Shown in pieces: positions 41,687 to 54,282 of a DNA stretch of 64,000 nt. Within the stretch, counting starts at the first letter, position 1. Each line of letters opens with the position of its first letter. The notes under the pieces were generated by a model. That model was not told the origin of the DNA and made no database searches. It worked only from the letters and a program-made list of their open reading frames with translations. A program made the translations under genes and the position numbers. The DNA comes from an uncultured Planctomycetaceae bacterium (GTDB taxonomy: Bacteria > Planctomycetota > Planctomycetia > Planctomycetales > Planctomycetaceae), in NCBI GenBank assembly GCA_963813715.1, contig CAWFAK010000016.1, forward strand, positions 256,001-320,000, given 5' to 3'.

Positions 41687-44600
41687 AGATCACGAAGATC
41701 GAGGTCGATCGCTTTGGCGTCTGGCGGCAGTTGAACCTGCCGGTCTCCGGCCGCGGGCTGACTGTTTTCTACGGACCGAACGAAGCCGGCAAGACGACCC
41801 TGTGGCGATTCATTCGCAGCGTCCTCTATGGGTTCGAGCCGTTCGAGGTCGATCTGGAAACCGGTACGCCGCAACCAGTGCGGTGGGAAGGCGCCCTGCA
41901 GGTCGCCTCCGCGGCGGCCCCCTATTCGATCCATCGCATCTCCGATCGCGGCACGCGCGGGCTCGTGTCCGTCGTCGGGACCGATCGGCAGGAACCGGCC
42001 GAGGCCCTGTTGGCCGAACTGCTGTTCCGGACGAACGAATCGCTCTTCGAGAACGTTTTTGCCGTCGGTCTGAACGAGCTGCAGGAACTGGCCACGCTCG
42101 AAGATGACGAGGTCGCTCACCACATCTACGGTTTGACCCTCGGGCCGACCGGTCAAAAACTCCTCGATGCCACGCGGGCGCTCGGCGCTCAATCCGCCGC
42201 GGTCTTCGACGGGGCCACCCGTTCGGGCCGACTGGCCGACGTGCTGGAGCACGATCAGTCGCTCCGCGAGGAGCATGACGCGCATCTCGGACTGCGCGAG
42301 GAGCACGCGGACGCTGCGCCCGCCGGGCTCGCGTCGAGGCGCGGATCGAAACTCTCAAGCGACGGCGGTCGCAGCTCGAGCGGCAACATTCCGGTCACCG
42401 GCTGCTCGACCGCATCTGGCCCTATTGGCACCAGGTCCGCGAGATCGAGCATGAGCTGGCCGAAATCCCCGTCCTCACGAGTTTTCCAACACGCGCCTTC
42501 GAGCGGCTCGAACGGCTGGATACGGAACTCGAGTCTTTCACACAGGGGCGCGATCAGCTGTCGCAGGAAGTGGCCGCGATCCGCGATCGACATCGCGGCT
42601 TGGCGGCGGCACGAAACCTCAATCAGCATGCGGCGGGACTGGCCGGCTTCGTCGAGCACGCCGGCTGGTATCGCGACGCGTCCCAACAAGCGGCGGCTGC
42701 CCGCGCCAAGGCGGGCGAGTGCCGGGAGCGGCTCGACAGCGCCGTCCAGGATCTGGGCGAGGGATGGTCGGCCGCTCGATTGGAGCGGATCGACACGAGC
42801 CCGGCCGCGCACCGCCGGCTGCTCGCTGCGGCGGACCGTTTTCGCTCGGCGTTGCGTCGACGTCATCGACTGGCCCGCCGCCAAAAGCTTCTGAATCGGT
42901 CCGTCCGCAAACAGGCTGCGCTGCTTGATGAGCGACTGAAGCCGCTGGGAAATTCTTCGATCGAACAGGCGATCGTCGAACACACGACGCGGCTGCAGCA
43001 CTTAAACGAGCTAAAGCGGCTGCGCGAGCGGGCCGCGGATCTCGACGCCCGGCAACGCGCGCTGGCCGAACATGCGGCGGCGGACGGAGCCGAGATGCCG
43101 CCCTGGATCACGAAGTTTCTGATGCTGCTGGCTGGAAGCGGCCTGCTGGTCACGCTGGTCGGCGCCTATCAGGCGACGGCCGCCGTCGACGTCGTCGCCG
43201 GACTCGGCCTGACGTTCATCGGCTGCACCGGCCTGGGCCTCGCCTGGGGCTTCAAACGCCATCACGACGCGCAAACGATTGGCGACGCCGAACGCGTCAA
43301 AGAGCGCGACAAGATCGCCGCCCAGATCCGCGAGACAACGGTGGCCATCGCCCGGATGGATGCCGTGGTGCCACCGGCTGTCCCAATTCCACCAACAACC
43401 TCGGTAGCTGAAGGCTCAGCGGAAAATACCCCGGCGATCCAGCCGCCAGCGAGCGGAACTGTCGGCGATGCGGGCGCAGCGACACTTTCCCCCGAAGCAG
43501 AGCACGAACGGCACGTCAAACACGCGACCGATCGCCTGGCCGACTTGCATTCCTGCGATCGTGCTCGGCGGGCGATTCAGATGCGTCGCAAACGCATGAC
43601 CGAATTGCGTTCGCGATTCCAATCGGTCCAACGGTCGCTCAGTGCCGAACGACAGAGCTGGTGCCTGTCGGTGAAGGAAAACGGCCTGCCGGAAACAGTG
43701 AAGATCGCCGAGGCCCTGGAGACCTGGCATCGCATCGCCGACGCCCGCGAGCACTTGCGAGACACGAAGGCCGCGTCCGACGAAGCCGATCAGCTGCAAC
43801 GCCAGCTCGATTCGTTTGAAGAGCGGATGCGGGACACCGCCCGCAAGGCCGGCAAAAATCCGGACGAGCAAGTCCCCTCGCTCGAGACGCTGTCGGCCTG
43901 GAGCCGCGAACTCGAATCGCTGGGCAGCGTGACCGAAGAGGCGCGGCGGTCGCATCGAGAGCTGTGGCAGCATCGCCGGAAACGACGGCAGGCCGGGCGA
44001 CGCGTGCAACTGTTGCGGTTGCGCCGCGTGGCGCTCTTCGCCAAAGGAGGGGCCGGCAGCCGTGCCGAGTTCCTCGAGCGGGCGGGCTGGGTGCAGCGTC
44101 GGGCCGAGTGCCAAGAGCTGCTGGCCGCTGCCCAGGATGAGCTGCGGGCGGCCGGCGAGAGCGAGCCGGACCTGGCGATCGTCGAGGACGATCTGGTGCA
44201 GTTCAACGCCGAAGAAAACCGCGAGAAGATCGAGTCTTTGGCCGCGGAGCTGGAGCAGATCGAGCGAGACTTGCACGCGGCTTTTGAAGAGCTGGGCAGC
44301 GTCAAGCAGTCGCTGAAATCGCTCGAGGCGAACGTCGAGGCCAGCCGGCTGCGTTTTGAGGCGTCGCAGACGCGGCACGAATTGAAGCGGACGGTCGAGC
44401 AGTGGCTGGGGCTGGCGCTGGCTCGGCAGGCGCTCGACCGCGTTCGCTCGAACTTCGAGCGCACTTGCCAGCCGGCCACTTTGGCCTCAGCCTCGCGTTA
44501 TCTCGAGCGACTGACGCGGGGCCGTTACCGAAATATCTGGACGCCGCTGGGACAGCGCGAGCTGCGGATCGACGACGAGCGCGGGCATACGCTCACGGTC

Positions 44601-44900
44601 GACAAGCTCAGCGGCGGCACGCGGGAACAGCTCTTCCTGGCGGTGCGGATGGCGGCCGTGCGGCAGCTGGCCCAGCAGGGTGTCGAGCTGCCAATGGTCT
44701 TCGACGACGTGCTGGTCAACTTCGACCAGCTGCGGACGGAAGCGGCCGTAGAAACGCTGCTGGAGTTCGCGGAGCAGAATCAGCAGGTGCTGTTCTTCAC
44801 GTGCCACCTGCACCTGGCCCACATGTTCGAGGCGCGGGGCATCGCGCCGGTCTGGCTTCCCGCACAGAATCTGCCGCACCAGGAACGGCGAGCGGGATAG
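41683..44900 (+). CDS. YhaN-like (AAA_27, SbcC/Rad50-type) ATPase with coiled coil and central TM pair (frameshift near 42320)
   Basis: MKITKIEVDRFG, YGPNEAGKT, LSGGTREQLFLAVR, FDDVLVNFD and QVLFFTCH. Confidence 0.88.
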
Positions 44901-44998
44901 AATTCCTGATCACCCATCGTTGAATCGACAAAGCCGATCGGCGTCGCCCATCCGCGACCTATCGGTGACAAGATCACGCAGCCAAGGAATGGAACCCC

Positions 44999-46860
<1,862 letters not shown>

Positions 46861-46977
46861 CGCTTGGCGCGACCCCCAGTCGCCCCCTCGGCACCCAAGG
46901 TGCGTCCGCGGTTGATGGTATCTCGCGAGTTCGACGCGCGCACCGGTCCATGGTGTAGAATAGGTGGGGGAGGATCT

Positions 46978-47331
46978 ATGAAATTTGACGAATGGCTATC
47001 CAATCTTCCAATCCACCAGACGCCGAAAGGCGCCCGGCTCGATCTACGGCTGTACGTTTACCCGGACGGACACGGAGATTTCTGCGCACAAGATGAGACC
47101 GGCCGAGTTTGCGCGAATCCGCAGCCCGTTAACAATCCGGCTGAGGCGCGAGATGTCCTGGAGAGAATCTGGGACCGGGCGATGACGCCCAAGGCAGGCT
47201 CGGAGGCCTCCGCGACGCAGCCGCCGACTCTCGCGGCGCAGTTCGCCGACGTGATCGGAACAGTGCCGGACCTTCCAACCGACATGGCGCAGCAGCATGA
47301 CCATTACGTTCACGGCGTTGCCAAGTCATGA
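46978..47331 (+). CDS. Putative antitoxin
   Basis: GGAGG RBS and TAGAAT at 46956; C-terminal DLPTDMAQQHDHYVHG motif of the kind found in antitoxins preceding PIN genes; ATGA overlap with the toxin. Confidence 0.7.
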   Translation: MKFDEWLSNLPIHQTPKGARLDLRLYVYPDGHGDFCAQDETGRVCANPQPVNNPAEARDVLERIWDRAMTPKAGSEASATQPPTLAAQFADVIGTVPDLPTDMAQQHDHYVHGVAKS

Positions 47332-47732
47332 GCCCCGTGTTCGTCGACTCGTTTTACTTCTTCGCGATTCTAAATCCGGCCGACGCGGCGCATGGGGACG
47401 CAGTCGAGTTCTCGAAGCGACTTGCCGCTCCGCTGGTGACGACGACATGGATCGTGGCCGAGCTCGCCGATGGGCTGGCACGCAGTTCAAGTCGGAGCAC
47501 GGTCAGGCGCGTCGTGTCGAGCTTCCGAGCTGTCCCCGCCAACGAAATTGCGGCGACAACGGATGATTTATTCGAGCGCGGGCTGGAGTTGTACCACTCA
47601 CGCACAGACAAACATTGGTCGCTGACCGATTGCATCTCGTTTGTCGTCATGGCGGAACGGGGCATTCGCGACGCACTCACCGGGGATCATCATTACGAGC
47701 AGGCAGGGTTCACGGCCTTGCTGAAAGCGTGA
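47328..47732 (+). CDS. vapC: VapC family PIN-domain toxin
   Basis: VFVDS.YFFA, TTWIVAE, WSLTDCISFVVM and ALTGDHHYEQAGF. Confidence 0.92.
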   Translation: MSPVFVDSFYFFAILNPADAAHGDAVEFSKRLAAPLVTTTWIVAELADGLARSSSRSTVRRVVSSFRAVPANEIAATTDDLFERGLELYHSRTDKHWSLTDCISFVVMAERGIRDALTGDHHYEQAGFTALLKA

Positions 47733-47854
47733 CGGTGGAGTGAAGTCCGCCGCGAAAAAGTAGATTTCAGCGGAGCGGTCGCGTCCACGGTGGGCATCTC
47801 GCCGCGGAGCGTCTACAATTCGTCGAAAACACGGCGCGCTCCAGGTCTCCGTTC

Positions 47855-48802
47855 ATGCCCATGCAAATTCTGTTGGCCAACCCGCGCGGCTTCTGTGCCG
47901 GCGTCAACATGGCCATCGATTGCCTCGACGAGGCAATCCGGATGTTCGGGCCGAACATCTTCGTCTACCACGAGATTGTGCATAACAAGTACGTGGTGGA
48001 TCGCTTTGCCCGACAAGGGGTTACGTTCGTCGAGGAGATTTCGCAGGTCCCCGAGGGATCGCTGCTGCTCTATAGCGCCCACGGCGTCTCCCCGCAGGTG
48101 CGTGCCGAGGCCCGTGCCCGCCGCCTGCAGACGATTGACGCCACCTGTCCGCTGGTGACCAAGGTCCATCTCGAGGCCCTGAAGTTCGCCCGCGAGGGTT
48201 ATCACATCGTGCTGATCGGGCACGAGGGGCATGACGAGGTCATCGGCACGATGGGTGAGGCCCCGCGAAGCATCACGCTCGTGGAGAGTCCGGCCGAAGT
48301 TGACGCGTTACCGTTTTCGCCGGACGCCAAGATCGCCTACCTCACGCAGACCACACTGAGCATCGACGAGGCGAATGCGGTGATCGAGCGGTTGCGGCTG
48401 CGTTATCCGCAGATCGCGTCGCCCCCCAAAGAAGACATCTGCTACGCGACTACGAACCGTCAGCAGGCCGTTTCCGAGTTGATTCCGCAAGCGGACGTGC
48501 TGATCGTGCTGGGCAGCCAGAACAGCTCCAACAGCCGGCGGCTGATGGAGATCGGCCAGTCGTGCGGCAAGCCGGCCTACCTGATCGACGGTCCGCACGA
48601 ACTGCGGCCGGAGTGGTTCGACAACTGCGAAATCGTGGCGATCACGGCGGGAGCGAGCGCTCCGGAACAAGTTGTGCAGGAGTGTATCGACTATCTGGTC
48701 GATCGCTTCCGGGCCGAGGTCCGCGAACTGACCTTCCGGTCCGAAAATGTCAACTTCCCGCTGCCGCGCGAGCTGCGGGCTTTGAAGAAGGCACACGCCT
48801 GA
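47855..48802 (+). CDS. ispH: 4-hydroxy-3-methylbut-2-enyl diphosphate reductase
   Basis: PRGFCAGV, HEIVHN, SAHG, DATCPLV, DICYATTNRQ, NSSNS and TAGASAP. Confidence 0.96.
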   Translation: MPMQILLANPRGFCAGVNMAIDCLDEAIRMFGPNIFVYHEIVHNKYVVDRFARQGVTFVEEISQVPEGSLLLYSAHGVSPQVRAEARARRLQTIDATCPLVTKVHLEALKFAREGYHIVLIGHEGHDEVIGTMGEAPRSITLVESPAEVDALPFSPDAKIAYLTQTTLSIDEANAVIERLRLRYPQIASPPKEDICYATTNRQQAVSELIPQADVLIVLGSQNSSNSRRLMEIGQSCGKPAYLIDGPHELRPEWFDNCEIVAITAGASAPEQVVQECIDYLVDRFRAEVRELTFRSENVNFPLPRELRALKKAHA

Positions 48803-48855
48803 GCGTTCCAGGACAGACGCAGTTCCAGCACACGCGCCGCTCCAGGACCACGTGA

Positions 48856-49152
48856 ATGAATCTCGACGACGAAAAACTGGTCAAGCTGACGACCGTCCCC
48901 GGCGAATTCGAAGCCACCGCCATCGTGAGCGCGCTCGAAGCCGAAGGTATCAAATCCCAAACGGTTGGCGGATTTATCGCCGGTTTCCGCGCGGAAGTGC
49001 CGGGCGGCGTCTCGGTGGTCGTCCTCGAAGACGATCTGCCGCGAGCGAAGCAAATCTTCGCCGACTTGAAGGCGCATGGAGCGGGGATCGACTGGTCGCA
49101 AGTCGACGTCGATGATCCCGACGGCGGCGAGTCACCGTCTGGTGAAGCGTGA
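48856..49152 (+). CDS. DUF2007-like putative signal-transducing protein
   Basis: EATAIVSALEAEGI and VVVLEDDLPRAKQI. Confidence 0.75.
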   Translation: MNLDDEKLVKLTTVPGEFEATAIVSALEAEGIKSQTVGGFIAGFRAEVPGGVSVVVLEDDLPRAKQIFADLKAHGAGIDWSQVDVDDPDGGESPSGEA

Positions 49153-49258
49153 CGCTCATCGCTCTATCCTGAGTTCTGCAAGCGCGTTACGATAAGGAAG
49201 TAGCCTTGTTCCAATACACGGAACAAGTAAATCCCTGCCTTAGCGTGAATGCCCGCAC

Positions 49259-49498
49259 GTGAAACACATCGCGTTGGAATCCGAAGACGATCACGTGAAG
49301 CAGTTCGTGCTGTCGTTGCCGCGCGACTCAGAAGGCTCGGTCCTCGAGCTCGACGGCAAACCGTTGGCGCGAGTGATTCCGATCAACGGAGAGCATGCTT
49401 CGTTCGACCCCGAGAAGTTGCGGGCGGCGATCCTGGCTCGTCGCGACGAATCACGTCGAATGAACGACGATTGGGAACACGCGGAACGCGGTCAGTAG
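49259..49498 (+). CDS. Small hypothetical protein, possible orphan antitoxin
   Basis: GSVLELDGKPLARVIP is Phd-like; acidic C-terminus; AT-richer upstream region; no toxin follows. Confidence 0.45.
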   Translation: MKHIALESEDDHVKQFVLSLPRDSEGSVLELDGKPLARVIPINGEHASFDPEKLRAAILARRDESRRMNDDWEHAERGQ

Positions 49499-49510
49499 GT
49501 GACTGCTGAT

Positions 49511-51643
49511 TCACTCCGCGTGCGGCGGGCCGAGCTTCCATTCTTCGTCGAAGAAGTCGGCCGCGGCCATCTTGCCGGGCCAGTCGTCGCCCGGTGGCGT
49601 GCGGATGTCGACGATGGCCCAGTCGGGCAGCATGGGGATTTGCAGCGCGTTGCTCATGTCGGCGTGTTCCCGGAACGTGAAGCCGCTGTTGATCACCACG
49701 TAACGATCCGGGTTGAGCGGGTTAGGGTAAATCAAGATCGGCACGTGATGGGCCGCGTCGTAGTGGCGGGCGCCGGCCGTGATTTGGCCGCCTTCTTCGC
49801 GAATCGGCAGCTTGTCGGCAATCCGCGCGATCACTGAGTTGCTGGACGCATCGCCCCACAGGATCAGGTTTTTGGAGGCGATGTCGGTCTCGGTCACGTC
49901 GCGGTCGTCGACCACCCGCGGTGAACCGCGAAACTGCCGGCGCCAGCGGACGACGGCCCGATCGAGTTCGTGCTGCACCCACGTCTCGACGTCCGGGTGG
50001 GTCGACTTTCCGGTCGGACGCACGAATAGGAACGGCTCGAGAAACGCATCGTCGATTGGCCCCTGCAAACCGTGCCGCTTCCGCAGGCCGGCCGCGGGCA
50101 GCGGTCCGGTCTTCCACTGCCTTCCCTCCCGATGGACGGTGACGGTCCAGCTGCGGTCGCTGTGGGTGAGCGAGGGGACCTGCAGCACTTGCGGCTCGCG
50201 GGCGTTGCTGTCGACAAGCGGCGGCAGAAATTGCAGCGAAACTTCCTTCTGCACCGACGGCCGAATCGGTGCATAGCCGGGCGGAATACTGACCGTGAAC
50301 GCCTGCACGTTCTCGGTCGCGAACACGATGTTCCCGCTCTCGTCGGCATGCCCCTCGACCCGCGCCCGCTCCCAATGGTGGTCGAGCGCATCGACGGTGA
50401 TCCAGGCACACTTGTTGTAACGCAGCGTGTAGGTCGTGAAGCGGACGCCTTCCGGCAGCGTCTCCCGCCCATGCTCGGCGAGCTGCGCGATCCGCCGGTC
50501 GACTTCCAGGCGGGCCTGCGGGTGGTATTGATGCTTGGTCTTCGGGCCGATCACGTGGACTAGCTCGAGCCCGTACGGCTTCATCGCCTCGGCCATGATG
50601 TCGGCGGCTTGCTTCTGCGAATCGATCTCGCCGGAATAGGCGACGGTCGGGCAGTGCCAGAGATTTTCGGCCCAATCGGTCGCGTCGTACCAATGAAACA
50701 GCTTGGTTTCCCACCACGTGGGTGTCAGAGGCTCGTGATGAAACACGTTTGCAAAGACCGGCGTTTCGGCGAAGCCGGCCCCCGGATTGGCGGCCGCCCA
50801 AAGGCTGGGATAGTGGACGGCCAGGTGCCAGGTCGAGGCGCCCCCCATCGAGAAGCCGCGAACCACGATCCGGTCGTCATCGATGCGATAGCGTTCCTTC
50901 ACCGAAGCCAGGGCCTCGAAGACGTCGACCTCGCCGGCGAACTTGTTGGCGTTGCAATAGCGCCCGTACGGGTGCAGCACGATCGTATCGGGCGGAGAAA
51001 AGGTGCCGACATTCTTCTGCCGGTCGCGGAGGAAATTGACCTCGCTTAAGTTCTCGCCCCGCCCGTGAAACCAGAAGTCGAGGCGGAACTTGTCGTTTCC
51101 GGCCGATGTGTAGGACGCGGGCACGACGAGGCCGTAGGGCTGAATCGAGTCGTCGAGCTTGGATCGATAGCCGCGGACCACCAGGCCGTGCGCTTCCGTC
51201 CACGGCGCCTTGTTCTCTTTGAGCGCGGCGGCGCGGGCTCGCCCTTCGCGGAGCTCATCGGCGGCCCAATCGAACTCTCGCGGATTGAAGAATTCTCCGT
51301 CGGTCAGCGCGTTATGCACCGCTTGCCAGAAGATCTGCACGTCGGGCAGCAGCGAGCGGACTCGCGCCGACGAGTGTTTGCTCAGCTCGCCGATCTCTTC
51401 GCCGAGCGCGTTCAGGTCCTTTTCGAGCGCCTCCCTCTCTTCGGGTGGCACGGCGATTCCGGCCGGAGGAATCCGCTTCGGTCCCTTAGGTGCCGCGGCC
51501 GGCGTGGGAGGGGCGGCCGCCACTGGAATCGCAGCCGCCGCGATCAACAGCGAACACGCCACGATGGCGACAACACCATGCAGCCGGCTATCGCGGGCCG
51601 AAAGCGAGGTGCGGAATCTCAGACGCGGACTGATGCGTGTCAT
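49511..51643 (-). CDS. Secreted alpha/beta hydrolase (S9/esterase-like)
   Basis: Signal-like N-terminus, DDSIQPY, WFHGRG and GFSMGG nucleophile elbow. Confidence 0.8.
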   Translation of the reverse strand: MTRISPRLRFRTSLSARDSRLHGVVAIVACSLLIAAAAIPVAAAPPTPAAAPKGPKRIPPAGIAVPPEEREALEKDLNALGEEIGELSKHSSARVRSLLPDVQIFWQAVHNALTDGEFFNPREFDWAADELREGRARAAALKENKAPWTEAHGLVVRGYRSKLDDSIQPYGLVVPASYTSAGNDKFRLDFWFHGRGENLSEVNFLRDRQKNVGTFSPPDTIVLHPYGRYCNANKFAGEVDVFEALASVKERYRIDDDRIVVRGFSMGGASTWHLAVHYPSLWAAANPGAGFAETPVFANVFHHEPLTPTWWETKLFHWYDATDWAENLWHCPTVAYSGEIDSQKQAADIMAEAMKPYGLELVHVIGPKTKHQYHPQARLEVDRRIAQLAEHGRETLPEGVRFTTYTLRYNKCAWITVDALDHHWERARVEGHADESGNIVFATENVQAFTVSIPPGYAPIRPSVQKEVSLQFLPPLVDSNAREPQVLQVPSLTHSDRSWTVTVHREGRQWKTGPLPAAGLRKRHGLQGPIDDAFLEPFLFVRPTGKSTHPDVETWVQHELDRAVVRWRRQFRGSPRVVDDRDVTETDIASKNLILWGDASSNSVIARIADKLPIREEGGQITAGARHYDAAHHVPILIYPNPLNPDRYVVINSGFTFREHADMSNALQIPMLPDWAIVDIRTPPGDDWPGKMAAADFFDEEWKLGPPHAE

Positions 51644-51654
51644 CGGTGGAGTTC

Positions 51655-52098
51655 TCAAGTTCGGGGACTGGAAATCAGCAGGGCGACGTTGCCCCAAGGC
51701 TCGTCGCTGGTCGTGGGGATGGTGCCCGGGTCGAACTCGACGCTGAGCAAGTTGGTGGGTTCCAGGCGGGACATTTCGAAGACCGAATCTGCGGCGATAT
51801 CGGATGCTTGCCGGCCCAGGCGAGTGCCGTTGAGGCGAACGTCTGCCCCAGTGGGCAAGTCTTGGACGGCGACCGACACCCGGTCGTCCGGTCCGAGATT
51901 AGTCGGGCAGTGAAACCGCCGACTCAGCCGGATTCGACCTGCACCGGCGTCAACCAGCTCGTCTCGCAGGGCCGGCAGTCGCACCGTGCGGGCAGGAGTC
52001 GTGGTGCCGGTCGGAATCTGGGCGACTGCCTCAGGTTCGCTACGGGCGTCGAGTTCCAGGAGCCAGGGGCCGCGAAGCCGAATCCGATGCACCGTCAT
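51655..52098 (-). CDS. Hypothetical protein, sugar-binding-domain-like
   Basis: HRIRLRGPW, RRFHCPTNL, VRLNG and WGNVALLI. Confidence 0.6.
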   Translation of the reverse strand: MTVHRIRLRGPWLLELDARSEPEAVAQIPTGTTTPARTVRLPALRDELVDAGAGRIRLSRRFHCPTNLGPDDRVSVAVQDLPTGADVRLNGTRLGRQASDIAADSVFEMSRLEPTNLLSVEFDPGTIPTTSDEPWGNVALLISSPRT

Positions 52099-52567
52099 GT
52101 TCGACACGAGCAGTTCCCCGGCGTGCCGGTTGCGGCGCGGCCCGTTCCCGGCTTTTCGATGTCACAGGGGCGATAATACGGGACGGGCTGTGGGGCATCC
52201 AGGTGGGGCATCCAAGTGTCGCCCTGGCCGGTTCGTCGCGGGGCTGAATTTGGCGGGCAAAATCCGCGGCCGCAGGGCCGCCGGACCCGGATTCTTCACA
52301 TTCAGGGGCGCCGAAGTCGCGCTAGCGTCTTAAGATGAGAGCGACTATACTCCCAGCCCCAACCCGGACCCGGGACAGTCCGGCGGCCGGCCAGGACACG
52401 CTCGCGCAAGCCACCTGGGTGGAAGGGCGTGCCATTCCGAGCCGCGTGATTTTTTCAGCAGTGGGTCGCCGACTGAACACGAATCTCGATTCGGTTCCTT
52501 GACGGGGCGTCCGCCGAGCTGCCCGCGCGAGAGCGCGTCGTCGGACTTCTTACGGGGTTGTCGAGTG

Positions 52568-53711
52568 ATGCATCAATCCACGGTCCGCGTCGAAGGCACG
52601 CCCGCTGCCGGCCCGACCGCTCAAGAGATTTCTCAATTGCGAAATCCGTCCGCGCCGACGCCCGCGAATCCGACGCCCCCGCCGGGCGAACCGGCCAAGG
52701 CCGGCACCTTCGTCCTGCGGCGAAAGACCAATTCGCTGATGGGCGTGCAGATCGTCGGCACCGGCTCCTACGTGCCCGACAACGTCATCACGAACGCCGA
52801 CCTCCTTCGCGAAAACGGCTTCGATCCCGAATGGATCGAGCAGCGTTCGGGCATTGTCGAACGCCGCCGTGCGTCGGCCAATCAGGCGACCAGCGACTTG
52901 TGCGTCGAGGCGGCAAAGCGGGCGCTCGCCGCAGCCGGCCTGGGGCCGAAAGACGTCGACCTGCTGATCATCGGCACGTTCACGCCCGACCACTTTTGCC
53001 CCTCGACTGCCTGCCTCGTGCAGGATCGGTTGGGACTCGCTTGCCCGGCCTTTGATCTGTCGGCCGCCTGCTCGGGATTCATGTACTCGCTCTCGACCGC
53101 GGCCCAGTACGTTGCCACCGGCAATGCGACGACGGCGTTGGCCCTGGGAGCCGACACCAACACCCGCTTCATGAATCCGACCGACCAGCGCACGTATCCC
53201 CTATTCGGCGACGGCGCGGGTGCGGCCGTCGTCACCCGCGGCACTCCCAAGCAGGGGCTCTTGTGCTATCAGCTTGGCGCCGACGGCGGCGGCGGGCCGC
53301 TGTTGGTGATTCCCGCGGGCGGCACGCGCGAGCCGACCAGTCCGGCGAGCGTGCAGGCCGGCCGGCAATACGTCCACATGGACGGCCGCAGCGTTTTCAA
53401 GTGGGCCGTCCGCGCTGACCGACACGATCCAACTCGTGCTGGAACAATCCAATCTCGGCGTCAACGACGTCTCACAGTACATCCTCCACCAGGCCAATCA
53501 GCGAATCATCGACGCAGCCGTTGATGCCCTCAAGATTCCGCGCGAGCGGGTCTTCAACAACATCCAACGCTACGGCAATACGTCGGGCGCATCAGTCCCG
53601 ATCGCCCTCGACGAAGCTTTTCGCGCCGGCCGCATTCACCCGGGCGACACGCTCCTCCTAAGCGGCTTCGGCGCCGGCCTAACCTGGGGCACGGCCGTCT
53701 TTCGCTGGTAG
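52568..53711 (+). CDS. fabH: 3-oxoacyl-ACP synthase III (frameshift near 53412)
   Basis: GTGSYVP, WIEQRSGI, AACSGF, LFGDGAGA, HQANQRI, YGNTSGAS and GFGAGLTWG. Confidence 0.93.
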
Positions 53712-53812
53712 GCGGCCGACGTCGCGAGCCGGTCCTGTCAGCCAAGTCTCCGCGGGCGCCCTGGAGTTCCCCAGCCCCGAACGTGCGCCCCCGTTTCCGT
53801 TACAATCGCGGC

Positions 53813-54067
53813 ATGACGAGACAACGCATAGTGAGGATTGGCGTAGCTGCCGCACTCCCGCTCATCGCTTACGTCTGCGGGTACTTCGCGCTCAGCCATT
53901 CCACGACCAGTCCCGGACGAACGGTCCGAACGTTCAACTCAACTCGGATCGCATTCGCGTACCTGCCTCTTGGCTACTTTGAATCCAAGATTCGACGGCG
54001 CGCGATCTGCGTGGGAATGCCAGGCCAATCGGAGTTCGGTGAGCGGATGATTTGCATCGAGCCGTAG
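53813..54067 (+). CDS. Small hypothetical membrane-anchored protein
   Basis: N-terminal TM helix; TACAAT 6 nt upstream of the ATG. Confidence 0.5.
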   Translation: MTRQRIVRIGVAAALPLIAYVCGYFALSHSTTSPGRTVRTFNSTRIAFAYLPLGYFESKIRRRAICVGMPGQSEFGERMICIEP

Positions 54068-54282
54068 GCCGTCAAGTCTTCAGGTCTGTTTCCGGCCGGC
54101 CAAGCGATTTCAAAGCGGACCTATGGTCCGACCTCCTGCAACGGCTCGATGTCACGCTCTCTGATTTTCAACCGCCGCGCCGAGGCACGATCCTCGGCCG
54201 TTTTTTTGCTGACGCGTGGGAGAGAACGATAGAATCAGGCGCACACTCCATTCATGAAGCATCGCGCCGAAGGGAGACAAAG

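Noticed and set aside
46861..47743. Tn7 insertion at attTn7
   Set aside because: No tns genes or Tn7-like terminal repeats were seen, and the duplication is 18 bp of glmS coding sequence rather than a 5-bp target duplication downstream.
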